Of a DNA stretch of 18,232 nucleotides, positions 17,354-18,232 are shown one piece after another. This DNA comes from Octopus sinensis (lineage: Eukaryota). Each line of letters starts with the position of its first letter. Position 1 is the stretch's first letter. Made by a program: the position numbers and the translations under genes. The stretch is taken from assembly GCF_006345805.1 (NCBI RefSeq), contig NW_021824625.1, positions 1-18,232 on the forward strand, given 5' to 3'. The notes beneath the pieces are model-generated. The model was not told the origin of the DNA. It worked only from the letters and a program-made list of their open reading frames with translations, and did no database searches.

Positions 17354-17390
<37 letters not shown>
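16470..17390. repeat. Compound microsatellite field: (CA)n, (AT)n, (ATAC)n/(GTAT)n, (AG)n
   Basis: Directly visible. Confidence 0.9.
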
Positions 17391-17392
<2 letters not shown>

Positions 17393-17530
17393 AGTGTTGA
17401 TTTATTTCACTTATCTTAGTTGGGATCAAATTGAAAATAGAAGAGCAATAAATAAACATAATAAATACAAACAATGAACGCAATAAAACACACCAAATAA
17501 ATGCAAACAACAATAACAATAATAATAATG

Positions 17531-17565
<35 letters not shown>

Positions 17566-17689
17566 CTGAACAATAAATAAATATACAAACAACAAATATA
17601 AAATATAAACATTTGCAATTTTCATTTATCCAATTTAATATTTAAGGAGAGAGCGCCATGTCCTCTATCATACTGTACATAATAATTAT

Positions 17690-18232
17690 CTTGTTGTTGT
17701 TAGTGGTTAGGGTGGTTGTGGTGGTGGTTTTGTTGTTGTTTTGCTGTTGTTGTAGTGGCTGTTGCTAGTAGTGTTGTTGGTGGTGGTGGTAGGGGGAATA
17801 AATCGGTAGAGCAGGTTCGTGGCAGACGAGGTGGTGGCGGCGGTCTTGGTGGTAGTGGTAGTGGTGGTGGTGGTAGTTGTGGTGTGGGTGATGGTGTTGG
17901 TGGATAATAGCGGTGGTAGTGGTGGTGGTGGTAGTGGTAGTTGTGGTGTGGGTGCTGGTGCTGGTGGGGGAAATACATCGGTAGAGCCGGTTCGTGGCAG
18001 ACGAGGTGGTGGCGGCGGTCTAGGTGTTAGTGGTGGTAGTGGGAGTAAATGTGTTAACGGTGTAGTGACGATGGTGGTGGTGTTGTGAAAACGGTGATGT
18101 TGGCGGTGGTATAAGGACGCTGGTGGCGGTGACGTGAAGACGGTGTGGGTGGTGGAGTTGATGGTGGTGTTGGTGATGGTGGTGGTGGTGGTGCTTTGTA
18201 ATGGCTGTGATGTTCATAATGGCAGAGGTGGT
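17690..18232. repeat. (GGT/GTT)-rich low-complexity tract with internal duplications
   Basis: A 55/56-bp block ggggg...cggtagagc.ggttcgtggcagacgaggtggtggcggcggtct occurs at 17792-17846 and 17966-18021 (offset 175). A second ~32-bp block repeats at offset 64. Confidence 0.85.

Noticed and set aside
719-17625. Dozens of ORFs rich in YI, TH, CV, LS repeats (e.g. 10048-10851, 267 aa)
   Set aside because: They are translations of (AT)n, (CA)n and (TATC)n microsatellites, with no domain-like sequence.

Overview
AT-rich, microsatellite-saturated animal genomic DNA, most likely intergenic or intronic sequence from a coleoid cephalopod (Octopus-like, inferred from the SINE families and simple-repeat density; not checked by database search). 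No intact protein-coding gene is supported. Almost all ORFs in the track are translations of (AT)n/(CA)n/(GGT)n repeats. The window is a mosaic of transposable-element relics: several tRNA-derived SINE families, a decayed DD37D (maT-type) Tc1/mariner with a TTAA piggyBac-type MITE nested in its transposase, TA-flanked pogo/Tigger-like MITEs, and Helitron/Helentron-like non-autonomous elements. The main unexpected signal is about ten type I hammerhead ribozyme (HHR)-like motifs, read by eye, with palindromic stem III. Most sit in four fold-back palindromes that share the same polarity, and one locus is a ~357-bp tandem repeat that would release a 356-nt RNA between two HHRs (retrozyme/Penelope-pLTR-like). 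All folds were paired by hand and ribozyme activity is untested.
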